Positions 95,831 to 111,470 of a stretch of 124,000 bases of DNA are shown in pieces (position 1 is the first letter of the stretch; the number at the start of each line of letters is the position of its first letter). The notes under the pieces were generated by a model that was not told the DNA's origin, did not search any database, and saw only the letters and a program-made list of their open reading frames with translations. Source of the DNA: Octopus vulgaris (Eukaryota); the NCBI GenBank assembly GCA_951406725.2, contig OX597818.1, positions 27,796,001 to 27,920,000 of the forward strand, read 5' to 3'. The position numbers and the translations under genes were made by a program.

Positions 95831-98800
95831 ATTGAAGACTTCAGCATTTTGAAGTGTATTTGGTACTCTCTCTACAAAACTCTAATGTGTGTGTATGTGT
95901 GTGTTTGTCTCCACCACCTTTTGAAAACTGGGGTCGGTTTGTTTGAGTAAAACCTTCAAGGTAGTGCCCCATCATGACTGCTGTCCAATGATTGAAACAA
96001 GCAAAAGTTAAAAGATAAGAGGTATTTACATAATACTAATGACAGTTGCTAACATAAGCACAATGTTAATTTAATTAGCATGTGTGGTAAGAAGCTTGCT
96101 TCCCAACCACATAGTTCTGGACTCAGTCCCACTGCATGGTACTTTGGGCAAGTGTCTTCTACTATAGTCTCGGGCTGACCAAAGCCTTGTGAGTGGATCA
96201 GATAGACAGAAACAGAAAGAAGCCTGTCATATATATATGTATACATTTGTGTGTCTATGTTTGTCCCCCCCACTCCATTGCTTGACAACTGATGATGGTG
96301 TGTTTACATCCCTGTAATGTAGTAGTTCAGCAAAAGAGACCAATAGAATAAGAACTAGTCTTACAAAGAATAAGTCCCGGGGTTGATTTGTTAGGCTAAA
96401 GGTGGTGTTCCAACGTGGACTAAGTCAAAAGACTGAAACGAATAAAAGAATGAAAGAATACCTAACTATAGAAGAAAAAGCATAGAGGAGATAGAAATCA
96501 GATCAATTATGAAGAATAGCTTAGAATATGAGGTGTTCAACCAGGAAATAGTCTGCCTTCTGGTTATATTGAGGCATACATAGATTTTAATCTATGTCTG
96601 TTGGTATTGTATGTACACTTGCATGTATCTATGCACACATGCACGTGCACATATATATATATTATATGCATATACATATATGTATATACACTTATTATCT
96701 GCTAAGTAAGTTGTTACAAAGAAGTAAATTGTTAGACTGGTGTTCTATTTTCCTGTGAACCAATTGCATAACCATCAAATTTCCTTAAGGAAAATGACAA
96801 GTTGATTATTGAGAGCATAATCAGTACCATAGAGAGATTGTAATCTTACAATATATCTCAGTGACAAGAGGGCCACTTCCTTGGGGGTCGATGTAATCAA
96901 CTTCAGAATTGTGACCCAGAATAAAGTTAGGTTCTTTATGACCTTAATAATGGCATCCATGAGTTGAGAACAATTGAATGCTTCTTGTAATCTAACCAGA
97001 GCATGACCAAGTTCTTCTTATGCTACTACACATGACATCATAATTCTGTTAATCAAGAACTGTTCAACACATCCCCAAACTTCTTTTCAGCTGCTTGTTC
97101 AGCTGTGACGTTATTATAACAACCAGAGTGTCTTGGAAGAAGTTCAAACAGGCTGTATAGATTTTATACATTAAATTCTGGCATGTAATTGGTTGGTAGT
97201 TTCACAATGTGAGTGGCATCATTATGAGACATCAGTTTTGTTTCTGTCAGCACCAACCAGGTTAGTTTGTTTATAGCTCCTCCGGGAGCTTACATATAAA
97301 TGCCAATAAAATTCTTTTGCCAATGAAATTCTTTTGGTTGAATTGTAGCTATTTTGTACTAATCTTTGGTAATCAGGTTCCTTCCTGATGCTTTCCTATC
97401 CTGAAGTATTTGAACAACAGTCTCAATAGTCTCATTTCATATGCTGTATGCATTTTTAATGCTATAATTTGGAGACAATTTTTTTTCAGATTTCTCCTAG
97501 CCACTCTATGGTCTGATTAAACTCCCTTACTTGACTCCAGATTTTTTTTCCAGAATGACTCAGTACTGTCACAAAAAGGAGTCTGTTTGACATTTATTCA
97601 TTGTCCTCACATATCCATGTAAATTGCTGGTTGGTTTTGATTAAATGTATTCATCATCATCATCATTGTCATGATCATCCTTTAACGTCTGTTCTTCATG
97701 CTGGCATGGGTTAGGCAGTTTGACCAGGGATGGTAAGCAGGAGAGCTGCACCAGGTTCCAGTCTGATTTGGTTTAGTTTCTATGGTTGAATGGCCTTCCT
97801 CACATTAACCGTTTTGCAGAGTGTGCTGGATGCTTTTAATGTGGCACCTGCATGTGTGCTTTTTATGTGACACTGGCACAGGGCTCTTGCAGTCCAATCC
97901 TCTCCTTCAGGAGGAGCGGCATTAAGACTTTTGTTGTGGAGAATGGTTCTTCTTGAGTACAGCAAAATGCCAGATATTTCATTCTTTGTCATCCCCTCAG
98001 CATGGGTCAGTGTCCTGAAGTCACCCTTCAATACTTCATACCATGTCTTCTTAGGTCTCCCTCTTCCATGAGTTTCAATCTCTTTAAGTGAGCAGAGCTT
98101 CAAGATTGTTAATTATTATTTTCTTTTAGCTGTTTTCTTCTGATGTCAGAGTTTTTCTTATTTGCATGTCTTCCCTTTTAATCATCTCCAAGCATTGTTT
98201 GTATTTTATTTTCCCTTCTCTGCTCGATGACATCATCATCATCATTTAACGTCCATGTTCATGCTGCTATGGGTTGGACGGTTTGACTAGGGCTGGTAAG
98301 CTGAGGGGCTGCACCAGGTTCTAGTCTGATTTAGTATGGTTTCTATGGTTGGATACCCTTCTGAATGCCAACCATTCTGAAAGTGTAATGGATGCTTTTA
98401 CATACCACTGGCATGGGTGCTAGTTGTGTGACACCAGTATCTGCCATGATACTGGTGTCATACAACAAGCACCTGTGCCATTGACATGTAAAAGCACTCA
98501 TTATGTAAGTATGGTTATTTGTGTGTGCTACACAATATCCCATAACTGATAGTTCTCCAGATATCCTCCCCTAATTTCTTTAAGCAACATTAGAATTACT
98601 ACTTTTTTATTTATGTTGAGGTCTTTTCTGCAGTTGGTGTTTTAAAAATAAAGTAATCTTCTCTTGAAAGATTTCACAGAGACAACAATTCAAGAGTTTA
98701 TACTCTTCACTCGTCTAGTTCAGTATATTGTTTATCATCACTGTTATTGGGTTTTTTGGCAGCATATTGAGGACAACCAGTTTGGTTAAATGATAGTATT

Positions 98801-101800
98801 GGTCAGCCTGATTTTTAGGCAGCATAGTACTAGCACAGACTTGGTTTGTTAATGAATGCATGCCTGATGTAGGAGAACATTCACATGGTGTTATTACCTC
98901 CACCAAGGAAGGAGATTATGTTTTCATTGGCATTGGTTTGTTTGTCTTTGTGCAAAATAACTCAAAATGTTGTTAATGGTATTTGATGAAACTTGCAGGA
99001 AAAGTTGATAATGACACAAGGAACAGATGATGAAATTTTGGTAGAGATCCGGAAATTTCTATGGATTCTTGAAGGACTTTTCATTTGTTATATTTACTTT
99101 ACTTGAAGTATTAGTTACATACTTTGATTATCTCCCTTGAAAACGCGTTCATCATTTTCAGGTAACCTATGGAGGCGTTGCTGCTTCCAAACTTTATTTT
99201 CATTTCTCTATTAGTAATTTTACTTGCATATCTATCTTAAAATGAGCTGCTTGGCGGAGATCTGTGCTCTCCAGGTGCTTTTCTAGTTTGTAGTGTTTAC
99301 ATTTTGAGGATAAAAATTATACTCATCATTTTTTAGAAAAAATTACTGTAATCAAATACTTGTTAGCACTCAACAAATGTTCCTTGTAGGTGTAATTATT
99401 CTATTGAAAATTATTTAGTTTTGTATGAAGTTCATTGCCGTGTTATTTCATTGTCAAAGAGGATCTTTATTTGTCATTTTAAGTAGGTCATTATTGAGTT
99501 TATAATTCCCAGAAGAATGCATTTTACAGCTTTGTTTCATTCTGTAACCACAACTGAAAAGATTTTGCTAACATCTCTCAATGTTTTGCTTCTCCTCTGG
99601 TTAGCCTGATTTTGTCATTTCTAGCCCTGTTTTTTGTAATAGATTTCTCTATGGTAAATTACTTTTGAAATGAATCTCACAATGATTTTGAATAAAATGT
99701 TTTGTCAATGTTTATAATCAAGATAATAATGAGTCATTTAACAAGGCTGGTAATTATGGTATTAATGTTTGAGAGCGTATTCATTATATATTCAGTAAAT
99801 ACTCTGCCAGACCAAACATACGATTGCTCTCATTAAGTATCTAGTATGTGTGTGAATGTATTAATGTGTGGGGTGCATGCAACTGTATGTGTATTTATGT
99901 ACATATCTATGCATTCCTATACGTATCAACGTCTAAATTTGGCTAAATGGTAATTCTATTCAGTTCATCCGTGGAAGTGAGTTGAATTCTTACCAAAACA
100001 TCTAGATGTCTCACAAGGTAAAACATGGTAAATATTCTTTATTTTTTTTATGTGATATATTTCTCTTACTTCACAAACATAAAGCTATGTCACCAACTAC
100101 TTGTTCAGTTTTTGTACATTGTCAGTTATTAAATATGCAACTTAAATGAAATAAGACTACATTACCTAGGTTCGTGTGTATCTATTTATGATATAGCTAT
100201 GCACGCTAGACAAAATGCTTAGCAGTATTTCGCCTGTCGCTACATTCTGAGCTGAAATTCCACTGAGGTCGACTTTGCCTTTCATCCTTTCAGCGTCGAT
100301 AAATTAAGTACCAGTAAAACACTGGGATCGATGTAATTGACTAGTCTCCTCCCCACAAACTGCTGCCCTTGTGGCAAAATTTGAAACCGTTATTATATAA
100401 AGTAATTGCTTTGCTCATTTGTCTCTTCCTGGGTGATTTATATACCACCCATCTGTGACTCAACACTTGTTATATAATGCATGGGTAAATAGATTCCAGT
100501 CTCCCATTCAGTGGCAGCTGACATAGTGAACATTCAATAAAACATTTAAATTTATCTCTTTAGTAAATATTCCATATTTTGTTTATTGGTATATTTGGGT
100601 TTATTCTTTCCTGGTGTGTTGATGTACCCTCTAAGTGAGCTAAGATTGTACTGCATGCATTCATATGCATTTAATCTACTAACAGGCAATAGGTAGTTGT
100701 TAACTAGATGACCTAATTAGTAGAGGAGGTGCATGTTCTGGAAGTATGGTTGCTAAAATTAGAAGCGGCTGAAGTAAGTTCTGGGAGCTATTACCTCTGT
100801 TGGTAACAAAATGTTTCCCTCTCAGATTGATACTGTGTGTGAACAGCAATGCTACATGGAAGTGAAATATGGGCCATAAATGCAGAAGACATGTAAAGGC
100901 TAGAAAGAAATGTGTTGTGTCGTACTCAACACTAAACTGTCTTGCATCATGATGACATACTTCGTTGTCTAACATGACTGGCCTGAATTGTGTCCTTGCC
101001 ATCTGACTCTGCTTTCTGTGTCTGTCCACAATTTATCAGTAGTGGAACAGTCCACTTCTCACTTGGGGGTGTCCTCCACAACAAAATGAAGTTAGCATGT
101101 TCCACTGAATGTGCAAAGTCAATACACATGTACAGCAAAATGCAAATGGATTGAGAGAAAAATTGGGCATAAGAGTCATCATATGTAGTGTACAAGAGAG
101201 AAGACTGCACTGGTATCGTAATGTGATGTACATTGATGAGACCAGCTGTATGAAGAAGTGCAGATTGCTAAATGTGGATGGAATTTATGGAAAAGGGAAA
101301 ACCCACAAAGACATGGTATATAGTAGTGAAGATTGATTTCAGTCTCATGCAAGAGATGACAAAAGCAGAGATGATGGTGACTTGCAGTGCTCAAGAAGAC
101401 ATGCTTATCTCACTGAAAAATTGAGTTCTTAAAAGCATATTGTAAATGATTATAACCACACAACAAATCTATCCCAAACAAATCTTCCCAACAACACATC
101501 TTCCTAATGCCTGCCCCTTCACAACTCTTCTAATTATGGCACTATTTACTCAGCAACTGTAATTATATGAGAACAAAACTGCTCATATTTCATCTAATTT
101601 TGCTTTTGTGCTGCCACTTAATCCTCTTCTTGGAACCACTTCCCTTGCTGCCCATCTTGCATTCACAGTATCATCATTTGCCACTATATTTTGCACTGAA
101701 TGCCTCATTTTCCTGAACACCTTAGCATATCAGCCATTGTTGGGCCCTCCCCACCTTTGTTCATCATTCACCATTTTGACCTCTATGTACATCTGACTTT

Positions 101801-102547
101801 CTTCTCTGAACAGTACTTTCCTCTCTACTTCACTCCATACACTTCACATCATCTCCCTATTTTTCTCCATCACTGCCCCTTTATATATTACCACTTATCT
101901 CCTCATCTTCCCTGACTCATTCTTATTTTCCTTCACCTCCTTCCAAACTGAAATTCCCCATTGAATGCTTTCACTCATATTCAACATTCACTATATTCAC
102001 CTCAATCTCCATCTCTAACCATTTGTCACACTCCTTTTATTTATTTGTGAACTTACCCATCCACCCTTCTAGTCCTCTATCCCTATTCTCTCTTATATTC
102101 ACTTTCTTGTACCTTGAAGATATACCCTGACACCTCATCACCACCATTTTCATAACCTAATTGGTTAGGCGATAATAGAATGATAGTAGAAGTGAGAGCA
102201 AGAGAGAGAAATAAATAGATAAAACAATTGGTTGTCCTAAAAGTTGTTGATAAGTTATGTAAGCAAGGTAAAAACAGACTTGGCTTAGTTTTACATCCGC
102301 ATTTACACCATGTGATGTAAATGTAAGACTTGCTGTTGTTGGTAAGTAAATACAATTTAATATTCATAGAAAGCTTGAATACAAGAAAGTGTAACTTTCT
102401 TTATAATTTCAACTGTTCAATAACAAAGTTTAAATTCTGTTTAAAGCTGGATTTTTTACATCTATTTAACTGTCTGATAAAGATGCACAGTAGCTTATGT
102501 TAGCATGCAATATAATATAATATAATATAATATATATATGTATATAC

Positions 102548-102640
<93 letters not shown>

Positions 102641-104039
102641 ATACTAGCATACCCGTGTCAACAAAAATGTTGACAGTTTTATTACTGATAGAAAATAGTG
102701 CATCATCACAATGCCAGAAAACATTGATACATGTCGGCAAATCTAGTAAATGTATGTACGTATTCAGAATTGAAGCACTTGAAGAATCAGATATGGTTGT
102801 GACCTCTCAGTTGAAAATATATCCATGTAGTACATGTGTGTGTAATACATGCATAAACATGCGGGCACGCACACACACACACACACACACACACATATGT
102901 ACATGTACATACATAGAGGGACATATACATATATATAAATAAATATATTCTTCATTTTTGGATTTGGTTTGCAAGATTCTTTATGTGAGTTTGTGTGTTG
103001 AAGCATATTTTGTTGTGTCTGGGGAGAGTCATTCTCCTTTAGTGACTTATTATTTAACACACTCACCGGTAAAGTTTCCACTCATTTACTTATATATTTT
103101 TCCTAAAATTTTTGTTGCATCTTGCAACCTTTTCAAAAGTCATTGACTCTGTCTGTCATCTGAGCTGCATTCTTTTTGTTTGTTTATGCCAATGTGTGTG
103201 GGTCAGTGTATGTGTGCATACACATGTATGTATGCATATATGTATGCATGCATGTGTGTATACATGTATGTGCATGTGTGTGCGTATATATATATGTATG
103301 TGTGTACGTTTGTATGTATGTCTTCTGCATATTCATGTGTTTGTGTGTTTGCATGTGTGTGTGTGTACATGTCTGAGTGTGTCTGTGTATGGGTTTTTGT
103401 GACTAGGTACTGTGTCTGAATGTATGGATGTGTGTCTCCCTATCTGTCCTTGTGTGAAGTGAAGTGTGTGTATATGATCACGTGTTTCAGTCTTAATTTG
103501 CATATGTATGTGTGTAAGTCTGCTTCTCTATTTATATTACCTATCTATCTATCCATTTGTATGTCTATCTGTTTACATTTATATCTATTTACCTACATAC
103601 ATATACATATACATATACATACATGGGAAACAAAAAGTTAAAAAAAGAACAATTCAAACTTTTTGAGAAGTCTAAAAAGAGAGAAAATATTGATTTCTAA
103701 TAAAGATCATCATATTTATAAAAAAAAAACAGCCAGAGCAAGTAATAAGAATAGGAAAATAGTAGTTGAAAAATATCGTTATAAATATACCATAAACAAT
103801 TTTTATATAATTGTTTATGATATATTTATACCTATAACAATATTTTTCAACTACATATACTTACACACACACACATATATAATTTAGGAAACTAAAATAA
103901 GTGGAAACTTTATTGGTGAGTGTGTTAAATACTAAGGCACTAAAAGAGAATGAGTCTCCCCAGACACAAGAATATATATATATACAGTAACACAAAGGGG
104001 GAAATTTCGATTATTCCCACGTGGTGAGTTGTAATGCAA

Positions 104040-106649
104040 AAAACATGTATAAGAAATAAAAGAAGGAAACTGCACACAGTTTACATAGTTTTGATATATT
104101 TTATATTGCGTTTGTCAACCAGTTTTGCTTTTGCTAATCATGACATTGAAATTATTGTAATTTCATATTTTTTTAATAAGATTTTAGTTCATGTTGTTTG
104201 TGGAGAAATTTATGAATCAATGATTCAACAAGTAGAAAAATCTAAGGGGGGGTAGGGGGTAGGTAATTGGTGATCGTTATTATTGGGGACAGGGGAGATA
104301 ATTTGGTCGTTTTTTGGCGAGGGAAAATATACACAAAAATTCAAAAGCTAAAGTAGTGAGGAGAAATATGTACAGTGATGGGTATGTAATCATGAATTGA
104401 AATATATACTGAAATTAAAGTTGATTATGCATGCATATTTAGACATGTTCTATATATTTTGATGGACAAATTTTCTTTATTTAAACGTTCTTGTATAGAA
104501 ATTGTTTCTTTGCACTGACAGAAGGAGGAAACTGTGAAGTTTGGTTGGATATTACCTGCACATCTCTCTATGTGTTCACTCAAAGGCATTTGTCTGTATT
104601 GCAGGAACTGGATCTGCTTTTTATGTAGTGATTCTCTGTCTCAGTGTCATACTAGTCTGTCCTATATAGGTATGTCTATAAACTGAGCAAGTAATAACAT
104701 AAATTATATTCTAGGAGGCACAAGGGAAGTTGGTTTAATTGTGAACCTCTCTCCTTGTTTGAAAAGGAATTCTGAGCCTTCAAGTAGGTTGCAGCATGTT
104801 CCCCAGTTTGGGTGTCCACATTTTTCAACCATTAGTTGTGTAAAGTTTCGCATTTGTTAGAAGTCTCTTTAGCAATTTGTGTTGTTTTTTACATTTGATG
104901 AATTTATGTGTTTTCAGAATGTTGTTCATTTTTGGATCTCTGGTTAGCATAGGAAGATTTTGTACATTGTTTCTAGGGTTGTGACTTGATATATTCAGTA
105001 GCATTTTGAGATGATGTGTAGTATTATGTTTTGCTGTCTTTAGTGTTTTTATGTCTAATTTCTTAGCATGCTTAGTTCTATCATCTATAACTGAGGGTGG
105101 ATATTGTCCTTCAGTTAGTGTTGTTCTGAGGTCTTGAAGATGAAAGTCCTGAGTAGTTCAATCAAACACTATTGTGAAAATCATCATCATCATCATCATT
105201 ATCATCAGCATCGTTTAACGTCCGCTTTCCATGCTGGCATGGGTTGGATGATTTAACTGAGGACTGGCAAACCAGATGGCTGCACCAAGCTCAAATCTGA
105301 TCTGGCAGGGTTTCTACAGCTGGATGCTCTAACTAACGCCAACCACTCCAAGTGTTGTGGGTATTTTCACATGCCACTGGCACGAGGGCCAGTCAGGCAG
105401 TACTGGCAACAGCCACGCTCAAATGGTGTTTTTTACATGCTACCTGCACAGAAGCCAGTCCATCCTTTTTGCTAAATTAAATAGGATACTTACTTTGATG
105501 TGTTGGTGGCATGAGCTAAACAGGAGATATTTCTTCGAGTCTGTTGGTTTATGATAGATCTCAGTTATAATTTGGTTGTTGACTTTTTTTTATCAAAATA
105601 TCCAAAAAGGGGGCGGGGCTGTTCTTTGCTATATTCCATTGTGAATTGAATGCTAGGACTTATATTATTTAGTATTGATTTGGATTTCAAAAGTTTATCA
105701 GTGGTCTCCTTCCAAATGATAAAACAGTCTTCAAGGTATCTTCCAGTTCTCTCTTATATAATAGTGAAATGGATATCCATATTTATGCAGTGACACCTCA
105801 TATATGATGAATTCAAAATAACCCATTATTAGGTTCACAAGAACAAGGGCTGCTTTCGTTCCCATCACATTTCCACATTTTTGAAGATAGTAGGTGTCAT
105901 CAAATAAGAAATAAATGTTCTGTAGTATAAATTTTAAAAATTCAATAATAAAGACCTGATTTATGCTTTCCGGAAGTATTTCGAGGTACTTTTCAAATCA
106001 GAATTTGATTTCTTCTATTCCATAGTCATGTGGAATGTTTGTTTAAAAGTTAATAACGTCGAAGGAAACCAATAATGCCTCTTCATTGGTTGTTTTTGGT
106101 AGGTGCTCTAACATATTTAGATCACCTCTAATGAAACTTTTGATGTATTTCAGCAAAGGTTTCAGAAGGATGTGTAGAAAATTGCTTAGGTGGTGAGTTT
106201 CACAGGCTGGGCCAGCTATAATGGGTCTTCTGGTGCTTGGATATTTATGCATTTGCCTGGTGATTGTTTGCAGGCTTCATTAACTATCTTGCTCTTGTGT
106301 ATTTTAGGTAGGCCATAAAACAGACTAGGTTTACATTTAAATTCGTAATATAATCTATTTCTTTTTCTGTTAGGCCGTTTCTATGTAGCAAAAAATGACC
106401 AATTACCTCCCCTGTCCCCAATAATAACGATCACCAATTACCTTCCCTTAAATTTTTCTACTTGTTGAATCAGTCATTCGTAATTTTCTCCACACACAGC
106501 ATAGTCTAAAATCTTGTTAAGAAAATACGAAATTACAATAATTTCAATGTCATGATGAGCAAAAGTGAAACCAGTCAACAAACAATCTAAAATATATTAA
106601 AAGATGTATTAAAACTGTGTAAACTGTGTGCATTTTCCTTCTTTTATTT

Positions 106650-106655
<6 letters not shown>
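104040..106655 (-). mobile_element. Penelope-like element with inverted pseudo-LTRs
   Basis: RT (RPIIAG, LVSFDV, RYLEDCF) and GIY-YIG remnants; 104040-104335 is inverted relative to 106390-106655. Confidence 0.82.
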
Positions 106656-106684
<29 letters not shown>

Positions 106685-106685
<1 letters not shown>

Positions 106686-107870
106686 TTTCACTTTGACCGA
106701 CCAGTCCGTCAGGCGTCCATTTGACACCGCTGGTCACAGCACGCTGTCCACTCCTCTCTGGATCACACCTTTCTCATCCACGTGATCCCAATCGTCCTCT
106801 TGAAATCGTCACTCCACCATCGTGGAGGTCTTCTGGGTGGTCTTTTCCGCTCACGCGGGTACCACTCGACAACTGCGTGCGTCCACCGATTATCGGTGAG
106901 CCGGGCGACATGTCCAGCCCATCTATACTTGCTGTGAGTATACTCTGCGATGACATCTCTCACGCCGGACTTCTTTCTGATGATCTTGTTATTTATGTGC
107001 TCTCTCAACGAGATACCAAGCGTTGACCTTTCCATGGCTCTTTGAGCCGTTACCAGTCTTTGCTCTTCTCTCTTTGTGGTAGCCCATGTTTCACTACCAT
107101 ATAACATTGCAGGCAGAACTGCACTGTTAATGAGGTTGGCACGGGTGGTCCTGTCCAACCTTCCCTTGAGCACATCCCTTATGCCATTGAACGCCTTCCA
107201 TCCGGCCCTTACTCTCCGTGAGATCTCCTTTTTGATATCCCGGCGCATATTTACTTCCGGTCCCAGGTAGACATATTCTCTCACCTCCTCTATTTCATCA
107301 CTGCCGATCACTATTCGACCTGTTGGTACGTTATCTGACCGCATGAACTTTGTTTTCATGCGGTTCATCTTGAGACCTACTGCAGAACTTTTGATGTTGA
107401 GCTCCGTCAGCATGGTCTGAAGCTGATCCATGTTTTCAGCAATGAGTATGATGTCGTCAATGAAACGGAGGTGAGTGAGGAGCTTGCCATTGATGTTGAC
107501 ACCACCTTGCCATTCGATGCCTCTGATGATCTGTTTGAGACATGCAGTGAAAAGTTTTGGGGAGATTGTATCTCCTTGCTTCACTCCCTTCTCGACCTGC
107601 ACTCGTATGGGTGATGACAGTAGAGCTATGTCGGTGGTGCATCTGGAATTTGCCTCTCTGAGCAGCTGCACATATTGCGCTTCGATTCCTTGCCTCAGCT
107701 GTGAGTTCAGCACTGTGTTGGTTTCAACGCTATCGAAGGCCTTCTCATAATCTATAAACGCAATGCAAAGAGGCAGCTTGTACTCATTTGCTCGCTCAAG
107801 CAGTTGTGTTAGAGCAAATATATGGTCCATTGAGCTGTAGTTCTTCCGGAAGCCTGCTTGCTCCCTCGGT
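106685..107870 (-). mobile_element. Second RTE-clade family, 5'-truncated, intact 355-aa RT ORF
   Basis: AFIDYEKAFDSV, GVKQGDTISP, LRFIDDI, LYGSETW motifs. Confidence 0.9.
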
Positions 107871-107903
107871 TATATACATACATATATATATACATATATA
107901 CAT

Positions 107904-107954
<51 letters not shown>

Positions 107955-108396
107955 CACACACAAATACATATACATATCAAATGGAAATTGCAGTTATGAT
108001 ACCTGTACGTAAAAAGCACCATCCGAATGTGGCCGAAGCTTCTGTGCTGGTGGCACATGACCTGCTGTGCTTGAGGAGACCTATTGAGTCAAGTACATCA
108101 ACATCAACATCAAAATAAATATCAAATGGAAATTGTAGTTGTGATACCTGTGCCGGTGGCACGTAAAAAGCATCATCTGAACGCGGCCAATGCCTGGCTT
108201 CTGTGCTGGTGGCACATAAAAAGCATCCACTACACTCACGGAGTGGTTGGCGTTAGGAAGGGTATCCAGCTGTAGAAACACTGCCAGATCAGACTGGAGC
108301 CTGGTGCAGCCTTCTGGCTTTCTCGGCCCCGGTCAAACCGTCCAAACCGTGCTAGCATGGAAAATGGATGTTAAACAATGATGATGATGATGTGTG

Positions 108397-108482
<86 letters not shown>

Positions 108483-108589
108483 CATATATACATATATTTA
108501 TAAATAAATAAATATATATACATATATATTCTCTTATTCCTTTATATGTTTCAGCCTTGAGGTAGTGGCTATGCTGGAGCATTGCTATT

Positions 108590-110520
108590 GTAATTACCTA
108601 TTAATTGGCCAATTCTATCTGTTTGGCTCCTGGTGACAGAAGGAGTTTGATATTGCTGCCCTCTTTTGAGTTTCTTGCCTTAATATTGGTTCATCTGGGA
108701 TCTTGGATAGTAAGAGGCCAAGTGTTTTCTTGAAAACATTTACTCCCACTCCATGGAAGTCCCTCAGATATTTTGGCAAGGAGTTAAATAGCTGTGGGCT
108801 CTTGAATCCAAAGCTATTGCAGTATATGGCCCTCACCCTAGATGAGACATCTGGGACTTTTGGAACAGTGCAGTAACATTCATTTCAAGGTCTGGTATAA
108901 CTCACAATTCCAAAGTTTGGTGCCAGCCCCTCCTGTATCTTCCATGCATATATCACTGCATACCTCTCCGATCTTCACTCCAGGGAATAGAATCATAGCT
109001 CTTTCAGTCTCTCCCAGTAGCTCAGTTGTTCCATTGATGCAGTCTTCCTCGTGTTGTATCTCTGAACCATCTCAAGTTCTGCTATTAATCCTACAGTGTA
109101 GGGTGACTATTGTTGAGAGCAGTAGTCCAGATGGCTGAGGACAAATGTCCTCCATAGGACCAGCATAGTTTCCTGTTCCCTTGTTCTGAAGGTTCTCAGA
109201 ATCCATCTGGCCATTTGCCTGCACACTGCCACCATCTTGGTGACAAGCATGTGAAATAAGGCACCGTTGCTCATATCAATCCCAAGACCATGCACCGTAT
109301 GTGATTCTAGGTTTTCTGCTCCTTTTGGTCCAAAGTATCGCTGGTGTGACTTCTGAACAACAAATAACTGGTAGCGGAGGGCTTGGAATTTGCCTGCATT
109401 AAATTACATGCTGTTGTCCTCAGCCCATTTATATATGGCATCTAGGTCTTTCTGTAGAAGCCTAGCATCAGAAGGTTTCTCGACTGCTTGTACTACTTTT
109501 GTGCCATCGGCATAGCTAGTAAGTGTGGCTATGTAACTGAAAGAGCCACCATGAACAGTAGTGGCCCCAATACAGTTCTTTGAGGCACTACACTTTCTAT
109601 TAATGTCTCTGTGAAGAGGGCTCCATTGGCTGCAACAGCCTAGCTTCTGTCTTTTAAGAAGTCATGCAGCCACTCTCCAATTTCCCCAGTTATGCTGAGT
109701 CTCTGTAGTTTGTGACATATCATCCCATGATCAACCTTATCAAAGGCCTTCCCAAAGTAAAGCTATATCACATCTACATTTGAGCGATTCATTAATTGTT
109801 TCAACATCCAGTCATAGTGTTTAAAAAGCTGTGTAAGGCAGCTTCTGTCTGAGTGAAAGCCATGCTGCATATCAGGAAGCAAATCATTATCTTCAAGAAA
109901 TGCAATTATTTTCTTCCTGACAATGTGCTCCATGACTTTGCTGATATGGTAAGTTAGAGAGACAGATCTATAATTCTTAAAGTCTGCTCTGCTACCTCCT
110001 TTAATGCCTTCCTTTAACTTTTTGGAAAGCCTCCCTGTTGTGAGGAAACTCTGAAAGAGAATCTGAAGTGGTCTAGCTAGACCCCCTTTGCATTTCTTTA
110101 GGAGGATTGTTGGGAATCCATTAGGGCTTGTTGCTGAGTTTGAGCTCATCTCATCAATGGCTGATATCACATCAGTTTCCTATACGTTGATGCTTTCAAT
110201 AATTGTCATTTTTTGTGTAGATCTGTGGAGCCAAAGAACTCATCAGGCATAGCTACTTGCAAGAGTTCCAGTGGAGTTGTGAAAGCACTCTTGTATTGTT
110301 CATTCAATATTTCACTGATCCTCTGGGGGTCTGCAGTCAGTGAGCCATTTTCTTCAAGTATTGGCCCTATTTTGTACCATACTGAAGCAGCTTCTTTTGT
110401 ATATCTATAGAAGGATTTAGGGGTTGTCTTAATATTTTTAACAGCTCTGGCCTCCTTTTCTACCCTCTCCTTTTCATGGGAGCATTTGAGTTCAATTTCG
110501 ATCTCAAACAATGTTCGTTT
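108590..110520 (-). mobile_element. Degraded CR1-type LINE
   Basis: NYRSVSLT, QHGF..RSCLTQL motifs. Confidence 0.78.
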
Positions 110521-110589
110521 GCGGTAGGATTGTTTGTTATCCTTTAGTGGCCTATTTAGATGATTTGAGATTTTTGCTCATCATCTCCT

Positions 110590-111470
110590 ATCCCTGCTGT
110601 CTTGGCATTCTCTCTGGGATGATGATGGGTGCCTGTGAGGATGGTGGTGTTGAAGAGGTAGGAGCAAGTGTGGCAGCATGGGAACAAGCCAGGTTTGGAG
110701 GTGGGGTTAGGGAAGAAACTGTGGACCAGGAGGCCACACAGGTTGTGGGCTCATTTGAAAGTGGGAAGGGGTAAGTTGGGGAAGATGTGCGAAGTGGAGG
110801 GGTCAGATTGGAGTCTCCAAAAAGGCTTGGAGAATGGTACATTGGAGGGGTAGGGTGGAGGGGTAGTAAATGAGGGGAAACAGGAGATGACAATGGTGGG
110901 GCAGGTCTGTGGAGAGAGAGAGCAGAGGCACCGTCCATGGAACATGCTCTGGCATGGGTGGTGTGGATAGTGGTGAGGGGATGCCCATGAAGGATGAAGT
111001 AGTGAGCCATTAGTTGAGACTGAGTCTCAAAGTCATGATTGCCACTGCAGAGCCTGCGCAAATGGAGGAATTGGGAGTAGGTGATAGAGAGCTTGGTTCG
111101 AGTAGGGTGGGAGGAGGAGAAGATGAGGTATGAGTGTGAGTCAGTGTGTTTGTAGTGGATGGAGGTAGTGAGTGCGGAGTTGTTTATATTGACCAAAATG
111201 TCAAGAAAGGTGACGGAAGTGTTGGAAATGGTGCAGGAGAATTCAAGGACAGGGTGGAAGCACTGGACAAAAGAGAGGAAGGAGTCTAGTTGTTTGCAGA
111301 AGAGTGAGCTTGCACTGATACAATCATCAATATAATGATTGTATAGTTCAGGAATGGGATCGATGGATCTTGAAAATATTTGGGTCTCAATGTAGCCAAT
111401 GAACAGGTTCACATAGTTGGGACCCATTCTCATTCTCATGGCCACTCCTGAAGACAAATTCACTGCAGTT
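110590..111470 (-). mobile_element. GC-rich Penelope-like RT fragment
   Basis: MGPNYVNLFIG, YIDDCI, FLDI, YSQFLHLRRLCS motifs. Confidence 0.8.
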
